A DNA stretch of 20,000 nt from an uncultured virus (IMG/VR IMGVR_UViG_3300037487_002113) (Duplodnaviria > Heunggongvirae > Uroviricota > Caudoviricetes), in the IMG/VR virus record IMGVR_UViG_3300037487_002113. One strand, 5' to 3'. Made by a program: the position numbers and the translations under genes. Each line of letters begins with the position of its first letter. The first letter of the stretch is position 1. Below the pieces are notes generated by a model. That model searched no databases, was not told the origin of the DNA, and worked only from the letters and a program-made list of their open reading frames with translations. Shown piece by piece: positions 1-7,976 of this stretch.

Positions 1-1143
1 CTCGTCAGCGGCGATTCGGTGCTCGCGATCGACGCCGATCCGACCTACTCGGGCCCCTACATCGTCACGATCGATCAGCAGGGCGCCAGCTGGGCGCGTC
101 GGTCCGACTTCTCCGCGACCTCCGCTCAGGACGGCGCATTCCTCTTCGTTCAGGATGGCGGGGTCTACGGCGACACCGGGTGGGTGCAGACGAGCGATGT
201 CTCTGGATCGTACTTGTTCAGCCAGCTGTACGGCGTCGGCACGTACACGGCCGGAGCGGGCCTCGATCTCAGCGGTCGTGAGTTCCTCGTCGAGGCCGAG
301 GGCATCGTTACCGCGATGCTCGCATCGTCGTCGGTCACCGAGGCGAAGATCGACAACCTCGCGGTCACCGAGGGCAAGCTCGGCGGCGGCGCGGTAGCGA
401 CGGCGAAGATCGCGGACCTCGCCGTCACCACGGCGAAGATCGCAGTCGAAGCGGTCACTGCTGAGCAGATCGGCAAGCTGGCTGTCACCACGGCGAAGAT
501 CGACGGCCTCGCCGTCACCACGGCGAAGATCGACGACCTCGCGGTCACCACGGCGAAGATCGACGACCTCGCGGTCACCGTGGCGAAGCTCGGCGCTTCT
601 TCGGTCACGACCGTCAAGGTCGAGGACTCGGCGATCACGCAAGCCAAGCTCGGTCTCGTAGATCCCGTGCTCGCGCAGGACGCGTCCACGAAGAACTACA
701 CCGACTTGGCCGATGCGCTCAAGTTCGACAAGGCGGGCGGCACGGTGACTGGCACGCTCAAGATGAGCACCAACCAGATCACTGGCCTCGGCGCGCCCAC
801 TCTCTCCACGGATGCGGCGACCCTGGGGACCGTCACCGACGCCATCGCGGCCCTCGACGCGAGCCTCGACGCGCGCACCAGCAAGACCTACGCTGTCCTG
901 ACCGCCGCCGCTGCCGCAGGAGTCGCCCTCGTCGGCGGCTTCAACGGCAACCTCGACGCGACACTCCCGACGCTGCCGTCGGACCCCGCGGAGTTCAATC
1001 GCACCTGCGACGTCTACCTCAACGGCCAGCTCCTGCGCTCCGGCGCGGACATGGACGTGCAGGTTTCGCAGATCGCGAACGCGGTTCAGATGACGTTCCC
1101 CGCGGTCGTCGGCGACGTGCTCTGCATCGCCCAACGCACCTGA
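1..1143 (+). CDS. Phage tail-fibre-like protein with 10-aa AVTTAKI(D/A)xL repeats (5' truncated)
   Basis: Frame is open from base 1 (LVSGDSVLAID...). The N-terminal GDSVL...GPYIV...WARRSD...GAFLFVQDG...TGW block, the tandem AVTTAKIDDL repeats and the DASTKNYTD / GGTVTGTLKM / ITGLGAPT..DAAT motifs all resemble phage tail-fibre or virion proteins. Confidence 0.7.
   Translation, partial: LVSGDSVLAIDADPTYSGPYIVTIDQQGASWARRSDFSATSAQDGAFLFVQDGGVYGDTGWVQTSDVSGSYLFSQLYGVGTYTAGAGLDLSGREFLVEAEGIVTAMLASSSVTEAKIDNLAVTEGKLGGGAVATAKIADLAVTTAKIAVEAVTAEQIGKLAVTTAKIDGLAVTTAKIDDLAVTTAKIDDLAVTVAKLGASSVTTVKVEDSAITQAKLGLVDPVLAQDASTKNYTDLADALKFDKAGGTVTGTLKMSTNQITGLGAPTLSTDAATLGTVTDAIAALDASLDARTSKTYAVLTAAAAAGVALVGGFNGNLDATLPTLPSDPAEFNRTCDVYLNGQLLRSGADMDVQVSQIANAVQMTFPAVVGDVLCIAQRT
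330..655 (+). repeat. Coding tandem 30-bp (10-aa) repeat, about 11 degenerate copies
   Basis: gc(c/g)gtcaccacggcgaagatcgacgacctc-type units repeat in frame. Confidence 0.9.
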
Positions 1144-1154
1144 TCTGAGGCAAC

Positions 1155-1883
1155 ATGAGCACCCTTCCGCGCGACATCAGGATTCAGGCTTTCCAGGAGA
1201 TTGGCGTCAAGATCGATGACGCCTTGGATGTGGCACGCCTGGATACTGCCCGCCGGGAGGGCGCTCATGCTGCGCTTCTCATCGCGCTGCGCAGCGTCGC
1301 TGAAACGATCAAGCAGGTCGACGGCGAGATCTTTCAGGACGCCGCGCAGGCTGCGGTAGCTCGCGAATGGGTGAGGCGCTGCGCCGTCGCGTGCGACGCC
1401 CTGGTAGTGCAGGCCAGCGCGCACGTCTACGTGGCGCGCGGCGCTGAGGCGCAGGCGAAGTCGCTTGTGGCCGTGGTGAAACAGGTCTACGATCTCGAAC
1501 TCACGAAGAAGCATCGGGAAACAGTGCCCCTAGCCCCTCTCCCAGTCGTTTCCATCGCTCCGGCCGTCCAGGTCGCCTCAGCCGCTCCAGCCGCTTCGGC
1601 CGCTCCGGCCGCCTACGTGCCGAACGTCAGGAGGCGCACGCTCAAGGAAGAGCGCCTGGCCGAGGCCGCCGCAAGGGATGCCGCGCTGGCGCTGGCCGCC
1701 GCGTTCGTTCCCCCGCCTGAGCCCGCTCCCGTTCCCGCCGCGAAGTCACCTGCGAAGCGTGCACCGAAGCCTGCGGCGAAGCCTGCGGCGAAGCCTGCGG
1801 TGAAAGTCCCGGCGCAGCCCGTGGCGAAGATCTCTGTGAAGCCCGTGGCGAAGGCCGCGGCGAAGAAGAAAGCGCAGCGGTGA
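1155..1883 (+). CDS. Hypothetical protein; helical N-terminus and Ala/Pro/Lys-rich histone-H1-like C-terminal tail
   Basis: ATG follows a gagg RBS. KPAA repeats (gaagcctgcgg x3 at about 1766-1800). Confidence 0.75.
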   Translation: MSTLPRDIRIQAFQEIGVKIDDALDVARLDTARREGAHAALLIALRSVAETIKQVDGEIFQDAAQAAVAREWVRRCAVACDALVVQASAHVYVARGAEAQAKSLVAVVKQVYDLELTKKHRETVPLAPLPVVSIAPAVQVASAAPAASAAPAAYVPNVRRRTLKEERLAEAAARDAALALAAAFVPPPEPAPVPAAKSPAKRAPKPAAKPAAKPAVKVPAQPVAKISVKPVAKAAAKKKAQR

Positions 1884-2113
1884 AGGCCATGGGAATCAAG
1901 CTGTCGATCGCTCTCGTGCTCCTCACGATGGGCTCATGCACGCCCACGCAGCTGCGCATCTCGTACGCCAAGGAGGTCGCGCGCTGCACGACGAACGAGC
2001 GTGCTATCGTGGACCGTCAGGACACGACGCTGGAGCAGGACCATGCCGCTCTCGACGCGGAGCGCGCGCGCTGTGATGCGGCGCTTGCGGCCATCGAACA
2101 CGGAGGCGAGTGA
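1880..2113 (+). CDS. Small putative lipoprotein (o-spanin candidate)
   Basis: Basic N-terminus, hydrophobic stretch and lipobox-like LTMGS-C, plus two more Cys. GTGA overlap with the upstream stop. Confidence 0.55.
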   Translation: MKAMGIKLSIALVLLTMGSCTPTQLRISYAKEVARCTTNERAIVDRQDTTLEQDHAALDAERARCDAALAAIEHGGE

Positions 2114-2295
2114 TGGGCGACGCTGCGAAGATCGCGCTGGAGTTCGCCAAGGCTGTGGCCGACGCCACGCCGACGCTGTTCCAGCTGTTCTCCCATGTCG
2201 GCGGACGGGACAAGTTCCTCGTCGTGCTTGACGGCGTGCTGGTGACGGTCCGTGCGAAGACGGACGCGGACATCGCTGCCAAGCCGCGCCGGTAG
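2113..2295 (+). CDS. Small hypothetical protein
   Basis: TGATG coupling, ggagg RBS and GC-rich third codon positions. Confidence 0.65.
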   Translation: MGDAAKIALEFAKAVADATPTLFQLFSHVGGRDKFLVVLDGVLVTVRAKTDADIAAKPRR

Positions 2296-2325
2296 GGAGA
2301 TCTGCTTGGGGGACGGTTAGCTGGT

Positions 2326-2353
2326 CGCCGTGTGAGCCCAGGCTCACACGGCG
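2326..2353. terminator. Perfect 12-bp GC-rich hairpin (possible terminator or processing stem)
   Basis: cgccgtgtgagc-ccag-gctcacacggcg lies in the intergenic gap. There is no U-tract. Confidence 0.45.
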
Positions 2354-2399
2354 CTCCGCGGGGCGATGAAGTAACCTATGCCTACCGCGGACGTGACGT

Positions 2400-2771
2400 A
2401 TGACGTCGATCATCATCTGGAAGCTCATTGCTGCGATCTTTGCCACGCCCTCTGCGGCCATCGTGGCCAGAGCCGTCATGCATCGCATGTCGAACTCGTG
2501 GAAGCTACGCGTGTCGGAGATCGACTACCTGCGCACGGAGGTCAAGCGCGAGCGTGAGGAGGCGGAGGCCGTGCTGCGCGCAGCACGCGCGGAGCACGCG
2601 GCTGCCTTGGCGGCGCAGGACCAGCTTGTCGAAAGGTTGCACCGTCGGATTGAAAACGTGGAAGGGGCGAGGGATAGTCTAGCGGCCGACCTCAAGGTCG
2701 CGCAGCACGACGTCGAAACAGCACGCAGGTTCGTCGATGGGGCTACGGCGACGCGGAAGGATAAGAAGTGA
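2400..2771 (+). CDS. N-terminal TM plus coiled-coil protein (i-spanin- or holin-associated candidate)
   Basis: Hydrophobic N-terminus (SIIIWKLIAAIFATPSAAIVA) is followed by a long charged, Ala-rich helical region. It lies upstream of the amidase. Confidence 0.55.
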   Translation: MTSIIIWKLIAAIFATPSAAIVARAVMHRMSNSWKLRVSEIDYLRTEVKREREEAEAVLRAARAEHAAALAAQDQLVERLHRRIENVEGARDSLAADLKVAQHDVETARRFVDGATATRKDKK

Positions 2772-3055
2772 TGAAATCCTGGAAATGGCCGTCATCAGCT
2801 CAGTGGACCGCATGGTCGCTTCAGGCTTCGCTTCTCTTGGTGTCGATCGCCCCGATCCTCCCGCCCGGAACGCCCGCATGGGTGCCCAACGCGCTGCAGA
2901 TCGGAGCCGTGTGCATCGGCGTGTTCACGCATAAAATCGGCCACACCACCACGCCCAAGCCTGTCCGCGTTGCTGCGGTTCCCGCGGCAACGGAGGCGGT
3001 TTCTTCTGAAGCCGCTGTAACAGCGAGTCCAGCTGGCTCGTCGGAGGCAGTATGA
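2771..3055 (+). CDS. Two-TM membrane protein, holin candidate
   Basis: Two hydrophobic segments are separated by PPGTP. TGATG coupling. It sits next to the endolysin. Confidence 0.55.
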   Translation: MKSWKWPSSAQWTAWSLQASLLLVSIAPILPPGTPAWVPNALQIGAVCIGVFTHKIGHTTTPKPVRVAAVPAATEAVSSEAAVTASPAGSSEAV

Positions 3056-3159
3056 GCATCCTATCTGCAGAAACTCGTCGGAAGGGCGTCATCGCGCTCG
3101 GCGTCGGATGGCTGATGTTCGCAACGATCGTGCTCGCCAGCGCGTGCATGCATGGCTGA
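3052..3159 (+). CDS. 35-aa single-TM microprotein (not in the ORF track)
   Basis: MSILSAETRRKGVIALGVGWLMFATIVLASACMHG*. It has an ATGA overlap with the upstream stop and a ggagg RBS, overlaps the amidase start and fills the gap exactly. Confidence 0.6.
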   Translation: MSILSAETRRKGVIALGVGWLMFATIVLASACMHG

Positions 3160-3847
3160 TACGGCTCCGACATGTCTCGACTGGCGCAAGCGGCAGGTCG
3201 ATCCTTTTCCGATCAAGCACAAGAACGACGGTACGCTGATCTCCACGAGCAAGATCGTGGCAGGTCAAACGTACTGCCGTGACCCGAAGACCGTCACCGG
3301 CATCACGGTCCACCAGACTGCCTGCGTTTTCGGCCCAGCGGCCGACCCGGCCAAGAAGCACCTGCGCGCGATGGGCATCCCGGCGCACGCTGTGGCGTTT
3401 CGCGACGGGTTCTACGTCATCACGGCGCCGCTGTCCTGGTACCTCTACCACGGCAACCGGCTGAACGGCCCGACGCTTGGGCTGGAGATCGAAGGGCAGT
3501 ACCCAGGTCTCCCTGACGACACGACGACCCCGAAGCGCGAGGATGAGCAGACGACGTGGGGCGGACAGCCAACGCCGCTTGACGACCTGACCATCGCGAC
3601 GGCGCGCGCGGCGCTCTGCTTTCTGGTGACCGAGGGCCGACGGGCGGGAATGCCGATCGAGTACGTCTACGCGCACCGGCAGAGCAACGGGCAGAAGCCG
3701 AGCGACCCTGGGTTCGGCATCTGGCAGCATGTCGTGCTCGACTACGCCGTCGCCGTGCTCGGGCTCAAGACGCAGGACCAGAAGACGTTTGACGACGGCA
3801 AGCCGATCCCCGCGCAGTGGGAAACCGGGGCGACGGCGAAATACTAG
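3152..3847 (+). CDS. N-acetylmuramoyl-L-alanine amidase (Amidase_2 type), putative endolysin
   Basis: Zn-amidase motifs ITVHQTA, AHAVAFRDG, YHG..N..TLGLEIEG and YAHRQ....SDPG. Confidence 0.85.
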   Translation: MADTAPTCLDWRKRQVDPFPIKHKNDGTLISTSKIVAGQTYCRDPKTVTGITVHQTACVFGPAADPAKKHLRAMGIPAHAVAFRDGFYVITAPLSWYLYHGNRLNGPTLGLEIEGQYPGLPDDTTTPKREDEQTTWGGQPTPLDDLTIATARAALCFLVTEGRRAGMPIEYVYAHRQSNGQKPSDPGFGIWQHVVLDYAVAVLGLKTQDQKTFDDGKPIPAQWETGATAKY

Positions 3848-3872
3848 CGGGACGCCTCGCGACAGGCAGCAC

Positions 3873-3901
3873 TTGAACCGGATGCCGAAGGCGAGTACCT
3901 T
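3873..3901 (+). promoter_or_regulatory. Putative sigma-70 promoter
   Basis: TTGAAC-N17-TACCTT in the intergenic gap upstream of the ATG at 3947. Confidence 0.55.
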
Positions 3902-3946
3902 CGGGCCGAGCGGCGTCGACCGCGAAGGCAACCCGGAGAACTGATC

Positions 3947-5248
3947 ATGTCGGATACGATTCAGCGCAAGTTCATCGTGCTCCCGTCCAGCGGCGGCGCG
4001 ACTGTTGTTCCGCCGTCCAACGTCCTCTGGGTTTCCGCAGGTGGCGTTGACCTGACGGGCACACGAGGCGACGCCGCGCTGCCGTATCTCACGTTTCAGG
4101 CGGCGCTGACGGATGCGCAGACGGGCGATCAGATCCGTGTGGGACCGGGCAGCTTCGCGCTCCCGGTAGCCGGTCTGGTCTGGCCGCTGGCGCTCACGCG
4201 ACTCTCGATCGTCGGGTCTGGCGTAGGCGCGAAGGCTGGCACGCAACTCGTGCAGGCGTCCAACGCGGCCCTGGACGTGCCGGCCTATTTCTCGGCCCTG
4301 CACATCTCGGACATTGAGATCGCTACCACGACGTCTGGCGTCGCCATCCTCGCCGACGGCAGTGGCGTGGGCGCTATCGCCGGCACCTTCATGGGCTCGG
4401 GCGGCCTGGTGCTCCACAACGTGCGCCTGGACGCGGCCAGCGGCTTCTACGGCCTGGTGGCTGCCAGCGCGTGCGAGGTCTCGATGACCAACGTGCACTC
4501 GTTCGGTCCGCTGGCATTCTTGTCATGCAACTTCGGCCCCATGCAAAACATTCTCGCCGGCGACTACGTCAGCGGCGGGAAGACCATGCTGCTGCATTGG
4601 GAGGTCGCCAGCGTGACAGCTCCCGCGGCCGGCCGGTCGATGTGCATGCTGCAGTCGGTGATCGCCGGAGACCTGCTCCTCGGCGGTCAGACCCTGTTCA
4701 GCGGAGACAGCGCCTGTCAGTTCGACTCCATTCAGAACTACGTCACGAACCCGCTGCTTGCGGGCGGAGGCGGAGAGCTGCCGAGCGTCAGTTTCAGTGG
4801 CAGTGCGACCTCCGTAGATTTCACGACCACGCCGCTGGGAGTTTCGGCGCCCATGACCTTGTCGTTCAAGGGCGCGACGGTGGTCACGTTTGCCGCGACC
4901 GCGACCTTCGTGCAAAACATCTACGCCACCGGCATGAACGTCGTGACGTCGGTCATCATCGGTAACCTGGTGAGCTTCTACGATCGGCTCGCCAACGCGT
5001 CCAGCAAGTACACGACGGTGGGCACCGGTACGATCACGCCTGGCTACTGGGCTGGCGAAGCCCTTGCCAGTAACGTCGAAACGCCGTTTCCTTTCGTGGC
5101 TAGCACCGCGCCAGTCTCCGCGCAGGCAACGGGGCAGTTGGCGGCTTCCGGCGCTGTTGCGGTTACCGCGGTCACTGCCACTGGCGTCACCGTGGACGAC
5201 CCCGCGCACGACAGTGCCAAAACGTACGTCGCCGTCTTCTGGGGCTGA
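3947..5248 (+). CDS. Pectin-lyase-like (right-handed beta-helix) protein, possible tailspike or virion protein
   Basis: N-terminal LWVSAGG.D..G......PYLTFQAALTDAQTGDQIRVGPGSF is a DUF1565-like cap motif. The body is G/S/T/V-rich and beta-prone. Confidence 0.6.
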   Translation: MSDTIQRKFIVLPSSGGATVVPPSNVLWVSAGGVDLTGTRGDAALPYLTFQAALTDAQTGDQIRVGPGSFALPVAGLVWPLALTRLSIVGSGVGAKAGTQLVQASNAALDVPAYFSALHISDIEIATTTSGVAILADGSGVGAIAGTFMGSGGLVLHNVRLDAASGFYGLVAASACEVSMTNVHSFGPLAFLSCNFGPMQNILAGDYVSGGKTMLLHWEVASVTAPAAGRSMCMLQSVIAGDLLLGGQTLFSGDSACQFDSIQNYVTNPLLAGGGGELPSVSFSGSATSVDFTTTPLGVSAPMTLSFKGATVVTFAATATFVQNIYATGMNVVTSVIIGNLVSFYDRLANASSKYTTVGTGTITPGYWAGEALASNVETPFPFVASTAPVSAQATGQLAASGAVAVTAVTATGVTVDDPAHDSAKTYVAVFWG

Positions 5249-5277
5249 TCGCAATCACGCGATCATAGGAGTTTACG

Positions 5278-5664
5278 ATGAGCATCAAGGTCTTTTCCGA
5301 AATGTCTGGCAACAGCGACGACATGATGTCCGGCCTCGGGGCGGACGAGATGGACGAGGTCGGGATGCGCGTCGCGCCGCACGGCGTCGAGTGCACCTTC
5401 GGCTGTCAGGGCTGTGGCTGGCAGAGCAAGATGCTGCTGGAGTGGCCTGAGATTCTCGCCGTCGTTCACGGCCACAAGGTCCATGGCATCAACCCGCTTC
5501 AGAAGGGCGTGGCGATCTTGTCGCCGTGCAAGAAGTGCGGCGCGCAGCAGTCGATGTCCATGAGCTGGAATGAGGTCCGGGAGATCTGCGCCGCCGGCAT
5601 CAAGAACAACATCATCGGCCGCAACCAGGTCCCGCCGCAGCTGCTCTTCGGCACCGGCGTCTGA
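5278..5664 (+). CDS. Putative Zn-ribbon protein
   Basis: CQGC and CKKC pairs. aggag RBS. Confidence 0.65.
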   Translation: MSIKVFSEMSGNSDDMMSGLGADEMDEVGMRVAPHGVECTFGCQGCGWQSKMLLEWPEILAVVHGHKVHGINPLQKGVAILSPCKKCGAQQSMSMSWNEVREICAAGIKNNIIGRNQVPPQLLFGTGV

Positions 5665-5683
5665 TCGTTCGTCGGAGGGTTCA

Positions 5684-6487
5684 GTGTCGTACGCGCCGCC
5701 TCTCGTCCAGAACGCCAAGATGGTCTCCAACATGCGCACCCGTCCGGGGCGCACGTCGGGGCAGCCCACGGTGCACGCGGGGATGGACCTGAACTCGGGC
5801 AACGGCAAGCCCGTCGTCTGCGTTCAGGACGGCGTGGTCGAGACGGTCAGCCGGGACGAGCGGGCAGCGCCTGGCATCAGCGGCTACGGCAACGCTGTCG
5901 TCATCAACCAGGGCGACGGCTTCTGGACGCTCTACGGGCACATGAGCGCCACGTACGTGACGGCAGGCCAGCGCGTGACGGCCGGCACGATGATCGGTCG
6001 CATCGGCAACACCTCCAACGGCAAGTTCTCGCCTGTGACAGGTACGACGCGCGAGCAGTGGCGTGCCGCGGCTCCAAGCGATCCGGCGCGCCGCAAGGTG
6101 ATGGTCCCGCACCTCCACCTGGAGCGTCGACACGCTGCTCCAGGTGGCTCCTCGCCGTATCTCGGCACGTGGGCCGGTCGCGGCTACGGCGTGCTCACGG
6201 TAGACCCGAAGCCGTGGCTGGAGGCGGCTGGCCTGGTCATCGCGCGCAATCTGCAGATGAGCGTCACTCCGGGTTCGCAAATGGACCGGACGCGCGCGTC
6301 GTGGTCGGCGCTGGCTGGCACTGGCGTCGGAGTCGGGCCGGAGTCGGGCGGTGACGTGACCGACTACGGGTTCGAGATTGACGATGACTTGCTGGAGTCG
6401 GTCGACAGCAGCCTTTACGCGTTTCTTGGTGTATCGGTCGTCGTGGCATTTTTGGGATTGGGGTTCCTGGCTTACAGGCTAACGTGA
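5684..6487 (+). CDS. M23 family metallopeptidase with C-terminal TM anchor
   Basis: Motifs HAGMDL (HxxxD), GYGNAVVI, TLYGHMS and PHLHLE (HxH). Start reassigned to GTG 5684 after a ggagg RBS. C-terminus YAFLGVSVVVAFLGLGFLAYRLT. Confidence 0.9.
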   Translation: MSYAPPLVQNAKMVSNMRTRPGRTSGQPTVHAGMDLNSGNGKPVVCVQDGVVETVSRDERAAPGISGYGNAVVINQGDGFWTLYGHMSATYVTAGQRVTAGTMIGRIGNTSNGKFSPVTGTTREQWRAAAPSDPARRKVMVPHLHLERRHAAPGGSSPYLGTWAGRGYGVLTVDPKPWLEAAGLVIARNLQMSVTPGSQMDRTRASWSALAGTGVGVGPESGGDVTDYGFEIDDDLLESVDSSLYAFLGVSVVVAFLGLGFLAYRLT

Positions 6488-7107
6488 CGCGCCTCAGCAG
6501 TTCAGTTGCATGGTCGAATGAAGGCGCTCCGGCTATCCTCGCTCGGTACGAAGGGCTCGTCATCAAGACGGCGCGCTCGATGCGTCAGCAGCAGTCCTCC
6601 GGGCACTGCCTTGACGTGGACGACCTCGTCGCGGAGGGTCGCGTCGCGGTGCTTGAGGCCGTGGCCACCTACGACGGGTACGGCACGAACGAGTTCGGGT
6701 GGGTCCTACGACGCGTGAGGCATCGGATGCTTGATGCGATCCGACGGCTCGACATGCGCTCCCGGCGCGAGCTGCGCGAGGTCGCTGCGCGACGGCTGAG
6801 TGGCGTAGCCTCCTCGGACCTGCTCGCGGCCAGGCATATCGCGTTCGCCAGGGACGAGTCGGACTTCATGCCGCGAGACGGCAATCAGGAAGAGGACGTG
6901 GCAGCGAAAGAGGTCGCGGCAATCGTGCTCGACACGATCAGCGACATGACCGGCAAGGAGCGCATCGTCGCCGACGCGCTCGTCCTACACGGTGAGTCGA
7001 TGGCCGAGGTCGCGGAGCGGCTGAGCGTGACGGTCGCGCGCGTGTCGCAGATCTTCCAGTCGGTGCGCGACACGCTCCGCTACCACATCGAGAGCAGTAC
7101 CGCCTAG
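6484..7107 (+). CDS. RNA polymerase sigma-70 family factor (FliA/WhiG-like, regions 2 and 4)
   Basis: Region 2: DDLVAEGRVAVLEAVATYD...RMLDAIRRLD. Region 4 HTH: SMAEVAERLSVTVARVSQI. Confidence 0.85.
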   Translation: MTRLSSSVAWSNEGAPAILARYEGLVIKTARSMRQQQSSGHCLDVDDLVAEGRVAVLEAVATYDGYGTNEFGWVLRRVRHRMLDAIRRLDMRSRRELREVAARRLSGVASSDLLAARHIAFARDESDFMPRDGNQEEDVAAKEVAAIVLDTISDMTGKERIVADALVLHGESMAEVAERLSVTVARVSQIFQSVRDTLRYHIESSTA

Positions 7108-7580
7108 AGGATCGGCGGAAGCGTCCGCACGAACTGCGAGAATATCGGGTTGAACAGGGCGCGCGTCCCGTCGTCCATCGGGCGACGCTTAGTCGAGACC
7201 GCGTTGGCTGCGGTGGCGCCGGAGCAGCCCGTGGCGATCATGAGCGTGAGCGCAGAGATGAGGCCGCTGCGGTTCATGCCCATCATGCATGTCACAAGCA
7301 CGCGCTTGTTCTCGCGCATGTAGGCGGCCAGCTGGCGGGCAACCTTGATGAGCTGCACTCGCTGCTCGCGCGTGATGGGCTGATACGGGTCGTCGTCGAG
7401 CGGCACGCCGAGCACGTGCTTGCTGGCCGGCACGATCTTGAGTTCTGCGGGCTTCGGCTGCTTCTCGATGGCGCAGTACACAACCACATCGAACTGCTGG
7501 AGCAGCTCCTTGGAGAGCTTCGGGTATGAGCCCTGGAAGAGGTTCGCATGGAGCTGATCGAAGTCGGTGTAGGCGTGCAT
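7104..7580 (-). CDS. Dual-specificity / protein tyrosine phosphatase family protein
   Basis: CX5R active site VLVTCMMGMNRSG (Thr in place of the usual His) and an upstream PLDD general-acid loop. Confidence 0.85.
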   Translation of the reverse strand: MHAYTDFDQLHANLFQGSYPKLSKELLQQFDVVVYCAIEKQPKPAELKIVPASKHVLGVPLDDDPYQPITREQRVQLIKVARQLAAYMRENKRVLVTCMMGMNRSGLISALTLMIATGCSGATAANAVSTKRRPMDDGTRALFNPIFSQFVRTLPPIL

Positions 7581-7590
7581 CGCGGGAGCA

Positions 7591-7624
7591 ATGGTAGCAC
7601 GTGCGCGCGCGGCTGTGGTAGCCT
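7591..7624. promoter_or_regulatory. Divergent extended -10 promoters
   Basis: Plus strand: TG-g-TAGCCT, 6 nt before ATG 7631. Minus strand: TG-c-TACCAT, 10 nt before ATG 7580. Confidence 0.55.
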
Positions 7625-7630
7625 GCAGCC

Positions 7631-7975
7631 ATGGCGAAAAAGGTCATCGCACGAAAGACATCTCGCGGGGCAGTGAAGAGGCCGAAGGTGATCGGAAGAA
7701 GCAAGCCGCAGCGACTCATCGGGAACGCTGTGGAGTACGTGGGCAGGCTGTCGGCGCGGGACACGACCGGGACCCCGTCCGAGCTGCTGGACTCGGTCGA
7801 GCTGGCCGAGCAGGCGCTTGGGCTTGGGCAGCAGCGCGTGGCGCTGAGTCACGCGTTCGAGGCGAGCGAACGGCTCGTTGAGATGGCGCGCCGAAGCGGG
7901 CCCCACAGCGATGAGATGCGACAGGCCGCCGAGCGCGCCAAGTCGGTCATCATGCGCGTGCTAGAAGAGTGCTGA
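7631..7975 (+). CDS. Hypothetical protein with a highly basic N-terminal extension
   Basis: MAKKVIARKTSRGAVKRPKVIGRSKP is followed by a helical domain. Confidence 0.7.
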   Translation: MAKKVIARKTSRGAVKRPKVIGRSKPQRLIGNAVEYVGRLSARDTTGTPSELLDSVELAEQALGLGQQRVALSHAFEASERLVEMARRSGPHSDEMRQAAERAKSVIMRVLEEC

Positions 7976-7976
7976 A

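Noticed and set aside
3089..5254. Long antisense ORFs (469 aa, 243 aa) and similar ones such as 14264-15370 and 10839-11741
   Set aside because: These are shadow ORFs typical of high-GC coding DNA. They are Arg/His-rich, lack motifs and lie opposite well-supported genes.
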